Below, piece after piece: positions 1 to 8,684 of a DNA stretch of 53,216 nt (position 1 is the first letter of the stretch; the number at the start of each line of letters is the position of its first letter). The notes beneath the pieces were generated by a model. That model saw nothing but the letters and a program-made list of their open reading frames with translations, searched no databases and was not told the origin of the DNA. The stretch is from Chitinophagaceae bacterium (GTDB lineage Bacteria > Bacteroidota > Bacteroidia > Chitinophagales > Chitinophagaceae), in contig JAEUVM010000194.1 of assembly GCA_016787125.1 (NCBI GenBank), positions 1-53,216 on the forward strand, read 5' to 3'. The position numbers were made by a program, and so were the translations under genes.

Positions 1-1187
1 GTTTTGATTGAATCGTAGAAATATTGTTCGGTAAGATTGTTCAGTATAATATTCTTCCAGCGGGCAATGATCTGGAAAGGGCCGTCAAGATCGCCCAGAA
101 TGCTGCCCATCATATAATTGCGTACCAGCAGCAGTTCTTCCTCATCCACCGGTTCTTCCCGCAGCAGTTTCATTTCTTTATACACTTCTTCCACCGTGGC
201 TTCACTTACATCTTTACCTGCTTCGGTGCTGATCACCCAGGCCGAGTCGCCCATATGGTTTTGCAAATAACTGTGTATGCCGTATGTATATCCTTTGTCT
301 TCCCGGATATTACTCATCAGCCTGGAACCAAAGAAACCGCCGAGCAGGGTATTCAGCACCATTACCCGCATAAAATCCGGGTGATGTCGGTTCATAAACG
401 GCCGGCCCATTCGTATTGAGCCCTGCACACCGGCTTCATCATTGATCACCCGGTATTTCTTTTCTGCCGCCGGCAATTTGGTAAATGCTTTTGCCGGAAT
501 ATCACCACAGGCAAGATCACCAAAATGCTGATCAAGCAATGGAGCAATATCTGCCGGCAGTTTACCCGCCACAAAAAGGATCAGCTTACCCTGCTGGTAA
601 TATTTTTTATAAAAATCAAGTAGTTGTTCCCTGTTGAGCAGATCAAACTCTTCTGCTGTACTGAAGCGGCCGTAAGGGTGTTGTGCGCCGTAGAGATAAA
701 CATCAATGAGCCTGTTGGCGACAAAATCACTTTTCTTCAGGTTTACCTGCAGCCGCTGTTTCATGTTTTGCCTGTAAATATCCAGCTCCTGTTGCGGCAT
801 GACGGAATCGGTGATCAGTTCTTTTACCACCGGCAGTAATTCTTTTACATGCTTAGATAAACAATGAAGGGTAATAGTGGCCGTTTCATTATAACAGGCC
901 CTGTTGAGGTATGCGCCGTAGTATTCAAAATGCTCGTTTAACTGGAATGCATTGCGGGTGCTGGTGCCGTTGCGCAGCAAAAAATTGGCCGTCGCTGCCA
1001 CCAGGTTTTGTTCCTCCTGCCAGTTGCCGGCAAAGAACACCCACTCCACTGATAATACATCTTCCGCACCGGCATTCACGGCATATACTTCTACTCCGTT
1101 GCGCAGCAAAAATTTTTCAACCGGTTTCAGCTGCAGGTTAAAATTGACGGCATCTACTATTTCGGGCGCTTGTTTCCTGTCTGGCAT
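1..1187 (-). CDS. M16 (pitrilysin/insulinase) family peptidase, non-catalytic subunit; 3' end runs off the window
   Basis: Absent from the ORF track; translated by hand from ATG 1187: MPDRKQAPEIVDAVNFNLQLKPVEKFLLRNGVEVYAVNAG...LLGGFFGSRLMSNIREDKGYTYGIHS. No HxxEH, but has the C-terminal R/Y motif typical of M16. Confidence 0.9.
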   Translation of the reverse strand, partial: MPDRKQAPEIVDAVNFNLQLKPVEKFLLRNGVEVYAVNAGAEDVLSVEWVFFAGNWQEEQNLVAATANFLLRNGTSTRNAFQLNEHFEYYGAYLNRACYNETATITLHCLSKHVKELLPVVKELITDSVMPQQELDIYRQNMKQRLQVNLKKSDFVANRLIDVYLYGAQHPYGRFSTAEEFDLLNREQLLDFYKKYYQQGKLILFVAGKLPADIAPLLDQHFGDLACGDIPAKAFTKLPAAEKKYRVINDEAGVQGSIRMGRPFMNRHHPDFMRVMVLNTLLGGFFGSRLMSNIREDKGYTYGIHSYLQNHMGDSAWVISTEAGKDVSEATVEEVYKEMKLLREEPVDEEELLLVRNYMMGSILGDLDGPFQIIARWKNIILNNLTEQYFYDSIK

Positions 1188-1210
1188 ACGTTCCTTTCTT
1201 TCGGTAATAA

Positions 1211-2449
1211 TTAATTGTCTGACAAATAATGAATGGTGCTGCAGTTCGTATCACGGAAAATGAGGCGGCTTTCCTGTAAGATATCTTCTGTAGTTACGGA
1301 AGCATATTTTTCCAGTTCAAAATTCATCCAGGAGGCATCGCCGAGTATTTCATAATAAGCCAGGCTGTTGGCACGGCTCATCACACTCAGGTCTTCAAAG
1401 GCGATCATGCTTTCTGTTTTGTTCTTCACTTTCTGCAATTCCGTATCACTCACCAGTTCATTCTTCATGCGTTCTATCTCTTTCATTACGGCGGCTTCAG
1501 CTTCTTCAATACTCACTCCTTTTACCAGTTTGCCTTCTACGGCCACCAGCCCGTTGTCGGTACTGCCAAAGTGATGACATTCTATATTGCTGAACAGTTG
1601 TTGTTCTTTTACCAACGATTGGTAGAGCCGTGAAGAGCCTCCGCCACTTAGTATGTCGGTAAGCAGGTCGGTGATATAGTAGCGCCTGTCGAGCCGCGAA
1701 CCCATGTGCCAGCATTTATACAATGCATCCAGCGGCACATTGGCCTTTATCACCTGCCGTCGCTCCGAGGTTTGTTCCGGCTCCTGTGGCAGGTTGCGTT
1801 TATATTTTTCGCCGGAGGGAATATCACCAAACCATTTTTCAGCAAGCGCTTTCACTTTCTCTGTGGTTACATTGCCGGCTACTACGAGTATGGCATTTAC
1901 CGGCCGGTAATGTTTGAAGAAGAATTGTTTTACATCTTCCAGCGTGGCATTTTCAATATGTGATAATTCTTTGCCGATGGTCATCCAGCGATAAGGATGA
2001 CGGGTGTAGGCCAGTTCCCGCATTTTATGCCAAACATCACCATATGGTTTGGTAAGGTAATGTTCTTTAAACTCCTCGCACACCACTTTGCGCTGGGTGG
2101 CCAGGCTTTTTTCGCCAAAGGCGAGTGATAGCATCCGGTCGCTTTCCAGCCAGAAGGCAGTTTCAAGATTATCGGCTGGTAACTGAATATAATAATTGGT
2201 AAGGTCGTTGGTGGTATAGGCGTTGTTTTCGCCACCGGCCATCTGGAGTGGTTCGTCGTACTCCGGTATATTCACCGAGCCGCCAAACATGAGGTGTTCA
2301 AACAGGTGGGCAAAGCCGGTCTTTTCCGGGTCTTCATCCCTGGCACCCACATCATACATAATGTTCATCACGGCCATCGGGGTGCTGGTATCCTGGTGAA
2401 CGATCACCCGCAGGCCATTGGCCAAAGTAAATCTTTCAAATTGTATCAT
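1211..2449 (-). CDS. M16 family zinc peptidase, catalytic subunit
   Basis: FTLANGLRVIV N-terminus, GFAHLFEHLMFGGS (HxxEH), NAYTTND, LESDRM. Confidence 0.95.
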   Translation of the reverse strand: MIQFERFTLANGLRVIVHQDTSTPMAVMNIMYDVGARDEDPEKTGFAHLFEHLMFGGSVNIPEYDEPLQMAGGENNAYTTNDLTNYYIQLPADNLETAFWLESDRMLSLAFGEKSLATQRKVVCEEFKEHYLTKPYGDVWHKMRELAYTRHPYRWMTIGKELSHIENATLEDVKQFFFKHYRPVNAILVVAGNVTTEKVKALAEKWFGDIPSGEKYKRNLPQEPEQTSERRQVIKANVPLDALYKCWHMGSRLDRRYYITDLLTDILSGGGSSRLYQSLVKEQQLFSNIECHHFGSTDNGLVAVEGKLVKGVSIEEAEAAVMKEIERMKNELVSDTELQKVKNKTESMIAFEDLSVMSRANSLAYYEILGDASWMNFELEKYASVTTEDILQESRLIFRDTNCSTIHYLSDN

Positions 2450-2512
2450 ATATGCTTAAACAAAATCCTGAAAAATAAGTTGCCATACAATTCCCTGCCG
2501 GGTTTAGTTTAA

Positions 2513-2634
2513 GTCTCATTTAAAACTTCGTTTTCCGCCAGGCCACAAACACCACCAGGAAATGATCGTAATCACCGCCTGCCATTTTCTTTGTGCCTTG
2601 GTGGGAAACATTCTCAGTTCAAAGTGAGACACTA
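2513..2634. mobile_element. Degenerate MITE/REP-like intergenic element with imperfect terminal inverted repeats
   Basis: Left GTCTCATTTAAAACT (2513-2527) matches the reverse complement of right AGTTCAAAGTGAGAC (2616-2630) at 12/15; internal partially complementary ccacaaacaccacc / tttgtgccttggtgg. Confidence 0.5.
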
Positions 2635-2651
2635 CAGGTTTATAAATATCC

Positions 2652-2672
2652 GCCTGCCGGGAAAAGGCAGGC
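2652..2672. terminator. Hairpin downstream of the aspartyl protease gene, possible terminator
   Basis: GCCTGCC-gggaaaa-GGCAGGC perfect 7-bp stem; weak U-tract. Confidence 0.35.
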
Positions 2673-2707
2673 CTGTAAAAGTATTGAAAAATGCGTTTGA
2701 AAGCCGG

Positions 2708-3904
2708 TTAATGAATACTCTTCACTTTAAAATCAATATCCTTCAGTAATCCTTCCCGCCGGATGATGAGTTGTATCTTTTCATTGGGGGTTTGCATGGC
2801 GATCTTGTACTGGTTCAGGTTTTGTGAAAAGTTCTTGTTCACCGCCACCACTTCATCTCCCTCTTTAAGCCCTGCGGCTTCGGCCGGTGAGCCTTTGGCC
2901 ACATCTCCTATTACTATAACGCCGCCGACCATATACAGCTCTATGCCGGTATAAGAATAGTCGAATTGCTCAGCGTAATGTTTATTCGGCACCAGGTAGA
3001 TATCCCCTTTTTCATAATTAATAATAGAATTGAACCGGCGCAGGATATCATTACCGATCAGTCCGCACATATTGGGATAGCTGGTTATATTATTTACATC
3101 ATCAAACACGTAGGTGGGCACATTGCGAAAGCGGTAAGGGCCGATCTTTACTTCTTTCAGCACCATCAGTTCCATATCTATCTTTCCGCCCAGGCCTTCT
3201 CCTTCTTTTATCCAGAATTTCTTTTTCCGGCTTACAAAGTTGCTGTCGTCCAAAAACTCACGGGAGAAAAGCATGCAGAGTCCGGCGCCCATATCATACA
3301 GAAAGCGGGAATTGATGGCCCTTTCATCTCTTACACGCATGGGTTGCGATACCAGCATATTGATAGTGGGCTTGAGTAAATAACCGCCACGGGGGTAGCG
3401 CATACTTCCTCTCGTCCATACACCCATCTTCATACTGTCGTAATCCATCTTCAGGATATAGCGGCTGATAAAGGAATAGCCGATGATACCATCCACCTGT
3501 TCGCCATATACAGCTGTAAGGATGGAGTAATCATTGATATGAAAATTGAGGCTGTCAACCGTAAGTCCGGGAAAGTGCAGTTGCTGGTTATAAACAAAAC
3601 TCACCTTGCGGATGCCGGCAATGCCTTTAATGGTACGGTCAGACGGGACGGGCTTCAATCCAAGATATTCTACGGTGGAAGAATCAAGTGAAATGCCGCT
3701 GCTGCCGGTGTCAAGTATAAAATTCAGGGTATCCGGAGCAGTACCCACAGTGGCCCGCAGCATCACAATACCCCCGGTAAGCTGGGAAAAATGCACTTCG
3801 GTAAGCTTACGGGAAGGCGGCTGGATGAATTCTTCCTGGGCAGGCAGTGTCAGGGAAAACAGGCAGCCAGCAATAATGGCAAGACAAGTGAGATGTTTCT
3901 TCAT
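2708..3904 (-). CDS. Exported aspartyl protease (two retropepsin-like domains) with C-terminal PDZ domain
   Basis: Signal peptide MKKHLTCLAIIAGCLFSLTLPAQ (start 3904 preferred); FILDTGSS, DGIIG, FLYDMGAG, GLIGNDILRRF, PDZ signature GSPAEAAGLKEGDEVVAVN. Confidence 0.88.
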   Translation of the reverse strand: MKKHLTCLAIIAGCLFSLTLPAQEEFIQPPSRKLTEVHFSQLTGGIVMLRATVGTAPDTLNFILDTGSSGISLDSSTVEYLGLKPVPSDRTIKGIAGIRKVSFVYNQQLHFPGLTVDSLNFHINDYSILTAVYGEQVDGIIGYSFISRYILKMDYDSMKMGVWTRGSMRYPRGGYLLKPTINMLVSQPMRVRDERAINSRFLYDMGAGLCMLFSREFLDDSNFVSRKKKFWIKEGEGLGGKIDMELMVLKEVKIGPYRFRNVPTYVFDDVNNITSYPNMCGLIGNDILRRFNSIINYEKGDIYLVPNKHYAEQFDYSYTGIELYMVGGVIVIGDVAKGSPAEAAGLKEGDEVVAVNKNFSQNLNQYKIAMQTPNEKIQLIIRREGLLKDIDFKVKSIH

Positions 3905-4047
3905 GTGGTTAAAGCTGTGCCGGCAGCGATAGTTGAAAGACAAGGCTTTTGGCCAAAATGATGCAATGAAGCCTGCCGTTCAAATTAAATTTAGTTCATT
4001 TATAATGCCTTGCAAAACCGTTCACCACTTTATCTGTTATACCACTG

Positions 4048-4055
4048 TACCTTTG
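4048..4055 (+). promoter_or_regulatory. Bacteroidota sigma-A -7 box of mqnC
   Basis: TACCTTTG matches TAnnTTTG, 4 nt before the ATG at 4060. Confidence 0.65.
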
Positions 4056-4059
4056 CGCC

Positions 4060-5202
4060 ATGCAATTAGCTCACCTCTATAAAAAAGCCTCGGATTTCGA
4101 ACCGCTTACAGTGGAAGAAGGGGTATTCCTGTATCACCAGGCCCCGCTTGCCGACCTGATGTATATTGCTGATGAGCTGCGCAAAAAACAGGTGCCGCAT
4201 GGCAAAGTGACCTGGCAGATAGACCGTAATGTGAACACTACCAATGTGTGTATCGCCAATTGCAAGTTTTGCAATTTTTACCGCATACCCGGCCATGCTG
4301 AAGCCTACATCACCGAAATGCCCGTGTACCGGCAAAAGATAGAAGAAACCCTGAAATATGGCGGCGACCAGTTGCTGCTCCAGGGAGGACATCACCCGGA
4401 ACTGGGACTGGATTTTTACACCAACACCTTCCGGCAGATCAAGGCAGAATTTCCTGATATCCGGCTTCATGCACTTGGTCCGCCCGAAGTGGCACATATC
4501 ACTAAAATATCAAAGGGCCCCAATGGTGAAAAGCTGACCCATCATGATGTGCTGCTGGCCTTAAAAGAAGCCGGTATGGATTCATTACCCGGTGCCGGCG
4601 CTGAAATTTTAGTTGACCGGGTACGGCGGCTTATTTCCAAAGGCAAGTGCGGCGCACAGGAATGGCTCGATATCATGCACGAAGCACATAAGCTGCATAT
4701 CACCACTTCAGCCACGATGATGTTTGGCCATGTGGAAACGATAGAAGAACGCTTTGAACACCTGGTTAAGATCCGCGAGGTGCAAAGCCGTAAACCGGCT
4801 GATGCAAAAGGATTTCTCGCTTTCATTCCCTGGACCTTCCAGGATGTGGATACCCTGCTGGCTAAAATAAGAGGTGTACACAATCTCACCACACCGGATG
4901 AATACATCCGAATGATCTCGCTGAGCCGCATCATGCTGCCGAATATTAAAAACATACAGGCAAGCTGGCTTACGGTGGGCAAGCAAACCGCTTCCCTTTG
5001 CCTGCATGCCGGCGCCAACGATTTCGGTTCTATCATGATCGAAGAAAATGTGGTGAGTGCTGCAGGCGCTCCGCATCGCTTTACTTATAAAACCATCCAG
5101 GAAGCCATCCGTGAAGCCGGTTTTGAACCACAACTGCGCAACCAGCAGTATGAGTGGAGACAAATACCGGCTGCCATTGAAGAGCAGGTGATTGATTATT
5201 AA
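4060..5202 (+). CDS. mqnC: Radical SAM protein, cyclic dehypoxanthinyl futalosine synthase (MqnC/CofH family)
   Basis: DRNVNTTNVCIANCKFCNF (CxxxCxxC), LLQGGHHP, SLPGAGAEIL, TMMFGHVET, IQASW, GANDFGSIMIEENVVSAAG. Confidence 0.88.
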   Translation: MQLAHLYKKASDFEPLTVEEGVFLYHQAPLADLMYIADELRKKQVPHGKVTWQIDRNVNTTNVCIANCKFCNFYRIPGHAEAYITEMPVYRQKIEETLKYGGDQLLLQGGHHPELGLDFYTNTFRQIKAEFPDIRLHALGPPEVAHITKISKGPNGEKLTHHDVLLALKEAGMDSLPGAGAEILVDRVRRLISKGKCGAQEWLDIMHEAHKLHITTSATMMFGHVETIEERFEHLVKIREVQSRKPADAKGFLAFIPWTFQDVDTLLAKIRGVHNLTTPDEYIRMISLSRIMLPNIKNIQASWLTVGKQTASLCLHAGANDFGSIMIEENVVSAAGAPHRFTYKTIQEAIREAGFEPQLRNQQYEWRQIPAAIEEQVIDY

Positions 5203-5224
5203 ACAGGCTTTTGTAAATTTGAAT

Positions 5225-5422
5225 ATGACCGTACTTACTATTACCATCAAAAAAAAGAAAGCCATCAAAGCGCTTGAAGAACTCAGGGCAAACGACCTGA
5301 TTGATTTCAATACTGGGAAAAAAATCCGCAAAGACAATATTCAAACGCATATCGCCAGTGAAAAATCGCTGACCAAAAACTGGCTTACAGCAAAAGAAGA
5401 TAAAGCATGGCAAGATTTGTAA
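5225..5422 (+). CDS. Small putative antitoxin (DUF2281-like C-terminus)
   Basis: 65 aa ending ASEKSLTKNWLTAKEDKAWQDL, a C-terminal motif typical of antitoxins upstream of PemK/MazF toxins; overlaps the toxin ATG. Confidence 0.7.
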   Translation: MTVLTITIKKKKAIKALEELRANDLIDFNTGKKIRKDNIQTHIASEKSLTKNWLTAKEDKAWQDL

Positions 5423-5545
5423 AAGGCGATGTGGTGGTAATTCCTTTTCCCTTCACTGACCTCACAGGACAAAAAAAGCGCCCCGCTCAGTACCAGCTTC
5501 CGGCAAGCTGTGATCCGTCAGATTATTTCGATGTTTGAAAATTAA
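5407..5545 (+). pseudogene. PemK/MazF-family toxin remnant with internal deletion and frameshift
   Basis: ATG 5407 gives MARFVKGDVVVIPFPFTDLTGQKKRPA (classic PemK N-terminus), then stops at 5538. A C-terminal-like helix LSTSFRQAVIRQIISMFEN* lies in another frame, ending 5545. Confidence 0.8.
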
Positions 5546-5553
5546 CCTGCTTT

Positions 5554-5877
5554 ATGAAAAAAACATTCTCTCTTTTCCGCAAAGTCGCTTTCGCTGAAGG
5601 CGTTTCTTTCCTCGTGCTGCTGTTTATCGCTATGCCATTGAAATATTTTGCTTCCATGCCAATGGCCGTCACCATCGTTGGCGGATTGCACGGCATCCTC
5701 TTCGTTGCATTTATCGCACTGGCATGGGAGGTAAAAAGCACTTATAAAAAGAATTTCAACTGGCTGGTGAAGGCCGGACTTGCTTCCATACTTCCTTTCG
5801 GCACTTTCATCATGGACAGACAATGGAAAAAAGAAGAAGCTGAGGCAGAAATAAAAAATGAGCCTTCGGGAAATTGA
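5554..5877 (+). CDS. DUF3817 family integral membrane protein
   Basis: FRKVAFAEGVSFLVLLFIAMPLKY, GGLHGILF, ASILPFGTF. Confidence 0.85.
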   Translation: MKKTFSLFRKVAFAEGVSFLVLLFIAMPLKYFASMPMAVTIVGGLHGILFVAFIALAWEVKSTYKKNFNWLVKAGLASILPFGTFIMDRQWKKEEAEAEIKNEPSGN

Positions 5878-6208
5878 TAACTTCTATTTGCAGCAGCCGG
5901 AACCAGCCAAAAGCTGTTTGCTTGCCCTTCGGGAAATCATCCTGCAGCAAGATCCTGATTTACGGCCCGAGTGGAAATACAAGCTGCCTTTTTTCTATTA
6001 CAAAGGAAAAATGTTTTGCTATTGCTGGATTCAAAAAACAGACGGCTGGCCCTATATAGGATTTACAGATGGCTACCTCCTCGATCACCCCGATCTTATA
6101 GCCGGCAATCGCCGCAGGATGAAAATACTGCTGATCAACCCTGAAAAAGATCTTCCTGTAAGAAAAATAAAACAATTGCTGAAACAGGCGCTTGCCTTGC
6201 GTACCTGA
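5858..6208 (+). CDS. DUF1801 (YdhG-like) protein
   Basis: FYLQQPEPAKSCLLALREIIL, WKYKLPFFYYKGKMFCY, PYIGF. Confidence 0.82.
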   Translation: MSLREIDNFYLQQPEPAKSCLLALREIILQQDPDLRPEWKYKLPFFYYKGKMFCYCWIQKTDGWPYIGFTDGYLLDHPDLIAGNRRRMKILLINPEKDLPVRKIKQLLKQALALRT

Positions 6209-7192
6209 TCACGCCATCCACAAAGCCTGCTTATTATATTTATTGCGGTATTCGATCGGTGTAAGCCCGGTTACTTTTTTAAAGATGGTACGAAAAGCCT
6301 TGGTGTCGGTATAGCCCACATCAAACATTACTTCGCTGATGTTTTTGCGGCTGCCTTCAAAACTTCGCTTGGCGGCTTCCATTTTTACCCGCTGTATATA
6401 TTCCACTACCGTATTATTGGTTGCTTTTTTGAAGCGCCGTTCAAAACTTCGCCTGCCAATCGCCAGCTGCCCTGCCAGTTGATCCACCGTTATCCTTTCC
6501 TGGAAGTTGGCTTCTATAAAATCCTGTGCACGGCGTATCTCTTTATCCTCATGTCCCCGTTGCCCGTTAAACATCATGAAGACCGCCTGGCTGTTACGAT
6601 CAATATCTATCGCAAAATATTTGGCCGCCAGTATGGCTGTGGCCCTGTCGGTATATTTCTCCACCAGGTACAGCAGCAGGTTCCAGTAAGAAGATGCGCC
6701 GCCGCTGGAATAAATTCCTTGTTCTTCGGTAACAATACTTCCATCCACCAGCTCCACTTCGGGAAACATACTCCGGAATTCATTGGCAAAGCCCCAATGT
6801 GTGGAGCATTTTTTTCCATTCAGCAAACCGGTTGATGCTAATAAAAAAGCACCGAGACATAGGGAAGCCACTTCTGCTCCTTTATGATGTTGTTGTATTA
6901 TCCACGGCAATAGTTCTTCATTTTGTTTCAATGCAAATGCAAGGTCGCCCTTCAATGCAGGTATAAAAATGATATCCGTTTCCTTTACTTCATCCAGCAG
7001 CAGGTCGGTATGTACCGAAAACAGGCTGTTCTCCAGTTTTATCTCCCGTTTGGCTCCTACCGTTTTTACATCAAACAAAGGCGCCCTTCCGGAAGCCTCC
7101 ATAAACTGGTTTACTGCCATAAACATATACCGCGGATCGGCGATAGCCTCCACTACTGCACATTCCGGTACTAATATGGATACTCTTTTCAT
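6209..7192 (-). CDS. GlxA family transcriptional regulator (DJ-1/PfpI + AraC HTH)
   Basis: VASLCLGAFLLASTGLLNGKKCSTHW; RRSFERRFKKAT; VGYTDTKAFRTIFKKVTGLTPIEYR; start 7192 preferred. Confidence 0.92.
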   Translation of the reverse strand: MKRVSILVPECAVVEAIADPRYMFMAVNQFMEASGRAPLFDVKTVGAKREIKLENSLFSVHTDLLLDEVKETDIIFIPALKGDLAFALKQNEELLPWIIQQHHKGAEVASLCLGAFLLASTGLLNGKKCSTHWGFANEFRSMFPEVELVDGSIVTEEQGIYSSGGASSYWNLLLYLVEKYTDRATAILAAKYFAIDIDRNSQAVFMMFNGQRGHEDKEIRRAQDFIEANFQERITVDQLAGQLAIGRRSFERRFKKATNNTVVEYIQRVKMEAAKRSFEGSRKNISEVMFDVGYTDTKAFRTIFKKVTGLTPIEYRNKYNKQALWMA

Positions 7193-7215
7193 ACCATAAA
7201 TGTACATATACCCGC

Positions 7216-7250
7216 TGTCGCAATCAACCCGCCGGATTGTCGTTTTTACC
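7216..7250. promoter_or_regulatory. Putative AraC/GlxA operator (direct repeat)
   Basis: TGTCG at 7216 and 7238 (22-bp period) in the divergent intergenic region; TAGGTTTG -7 box at 7276-7283. Confidence 0.45.
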
Positions 7251-7302
7251 GACCATCATTTGACAGACAGTATTGTAGGTTTGTTTTGTAAAAAAGAAAT
7301 GG

Positions 7303-7722
7303 ATGCAACTGAACTCGTATCTCACATTTAATGGCAACTGCCGCGAAGCCATGTTGTTTTATAAAGATTGTCTTGGCGGCAGGCTCACCCTTCAAAAAGC
7401 GGGTGAATCGCCGGTGGCATCACAACTGCCCGATGAAATGAAAGAGTACATTCTGCATGCCACCCTGGTAAGCGGTAAAATAATGCTCATGGCTTCAGAC
7501 ATGGTGGATGAACCCGGCCTGGTACATGGCAACACCGTATCGCTGATGCTGAGCTGCGACAGCGAAGAAGAGGTGAGGAGCTGCTACGCCAAACTTTCCT
7601 CCGGCGGAAAAGCCACGCACCCGCTTCATGATACTTTCTGGGGTGCTTTATTCGGCAACCTGGTTGATAAGTTTGGCAACCAATGGCTGTTGCATTACAA
7701 CAGGGTTGAAAAAATGAATTAG
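7303..7722 (+). CDS. VOC family protein (PhnB-like)
   Basis: YLTFNGNCREAMLFY, ILHATL, TFWGALFGNLVDKFGNQWLL. Confidence 0.9.
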   Translation: MQLNSYLTFNGNCREAMLFYKDCLGGRLTLQKAGESPVASQLPDEMKEYILHATLVSGKIMLMASDMVDEPGLVHGNTVSLMLSCDSEEEVRSCYAKLSSGGKATHPLHDTFWGALFGNLVDKFGNQWLLHYNRVEKMN

Positions 7723-7754
7723 CTTTAGTTTGAAACTCAAAAATCATAGCTGTT

Positions 7755-8159
7755 ATGCGTATGAATACAAACATTGGCTCAGCTGACGAATACATCGCCG
7801 GTTTTCCCGAAGACGTACAACCAATACTCCGCAAATTGCGTTCGATCATTCAGAAAGCGGCGCCCAAAGCAACAGAGTCTATCAGTTACGGAATGCCCGT
7901 GTATGTACAGGGAAAGAACCTGGTGTACTTCGGCGGTTTTAAAAATCATGTCAGCTTTTTTCCAACACCATCGGGCATTACAGCTTTTGCCAAAGAGTTG
8001 TCAACCTATACAGTTTCAAAAGGTACCATACAGTTTCCGTTAAACAAACCTTTGCCTTCAAAACTCATAGCGGATATCGTAAAGTTCAGGGTCAAAGAAA
8101 TGGAAGCAATCCTTGAAGAAAAAAAGAAAACCAGCGGCACAAAAGCTAAAAAGAAATAA
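7755..8159 (+). CDS. DUF1801/YdhG-like protein
   Basis: DEYIAGFPEDVQPILRKLRSIIQKAAP, ISYGMP, SKGTIQFPLNKPLP. Confidence 0.88.
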   Translation: MRMNTNIGSADEYIAGFPEDVQPILRKLRSIIQKAAPKATESISYGMPVYVQGKNLVYFGGFKNHVSFFPTPSGITAFAKELSTYTVSKGTIQFPLNKPLPSKLIADIVKFRVKEMEAILEEKKKTSGTKAKKK

Positions 8160-8189
8160 TAAATTATTCACCGACAAAAACATTGTGTC

Positions 8190-8684
8190 ATGCAAAAGAT
8201 AACTCCTTTTCTGTGGTTCGACGGGCAGGCTGAAGAAGCCATCAACCTTTATGTAAAGTTGTTCTCTTCGAGCCCTGATCCGCGGCCTGCAAAAATTATT
8301 GATATTAAATATTGGTCAAAGAGCAGCCCTTTCCCTGAAAACCAGGTAATGACCGCCACTTTCGAAATTGACGGCCACACCTTTTATGCATTTGATGCGG
8401 GCCCGCAATTCAAATTCAGTGAAGCCACTTCTTTCCTGGTAAGTTGCGATACACAGGAAGAGATCGATCATTTCTGGAATGGCTTTATCAACACTGGCGG
8501 GCAGGAAAGTATGTGCGGCTGGCTGAAAGATAAGTTTGGCTTCTCCTGGCAGATAGTTCCGCCGGCATTGATGAAACTGATGGCAGATGCCGACAAAGAA
8601 AAAGCCGGTCGTGTGATGCAGGCCATGATGGGAATGAGAAAACTGATCATCGTCGACCTGGAAGCGGCAGCAAATAATGGATGA
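8190..8684 (+). CDS. VOC family protein (3-demethylubiquinone-9 3-methyltransferase-like)
   Basis: MQKITPFLWFDGQAEEA, GPQFKFSEATSF, CGWLKDKFGFSWQIVP. Confidence 0.9.
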   Translation: MQKITPFLWFDGQAEEAINLYVKLFSSSPDPRPAKIIDIKYWSKSSPFPENQVMTATFEIDGHTFYAFDAGPQFKFSEATSFLVSCDTQEEIDHFWNGFINTGGQESMCGWLKDKFGFSWQIVPPALMKLMADADKEKAGRVMQAMMGMRKLIIVDLEAAANNG

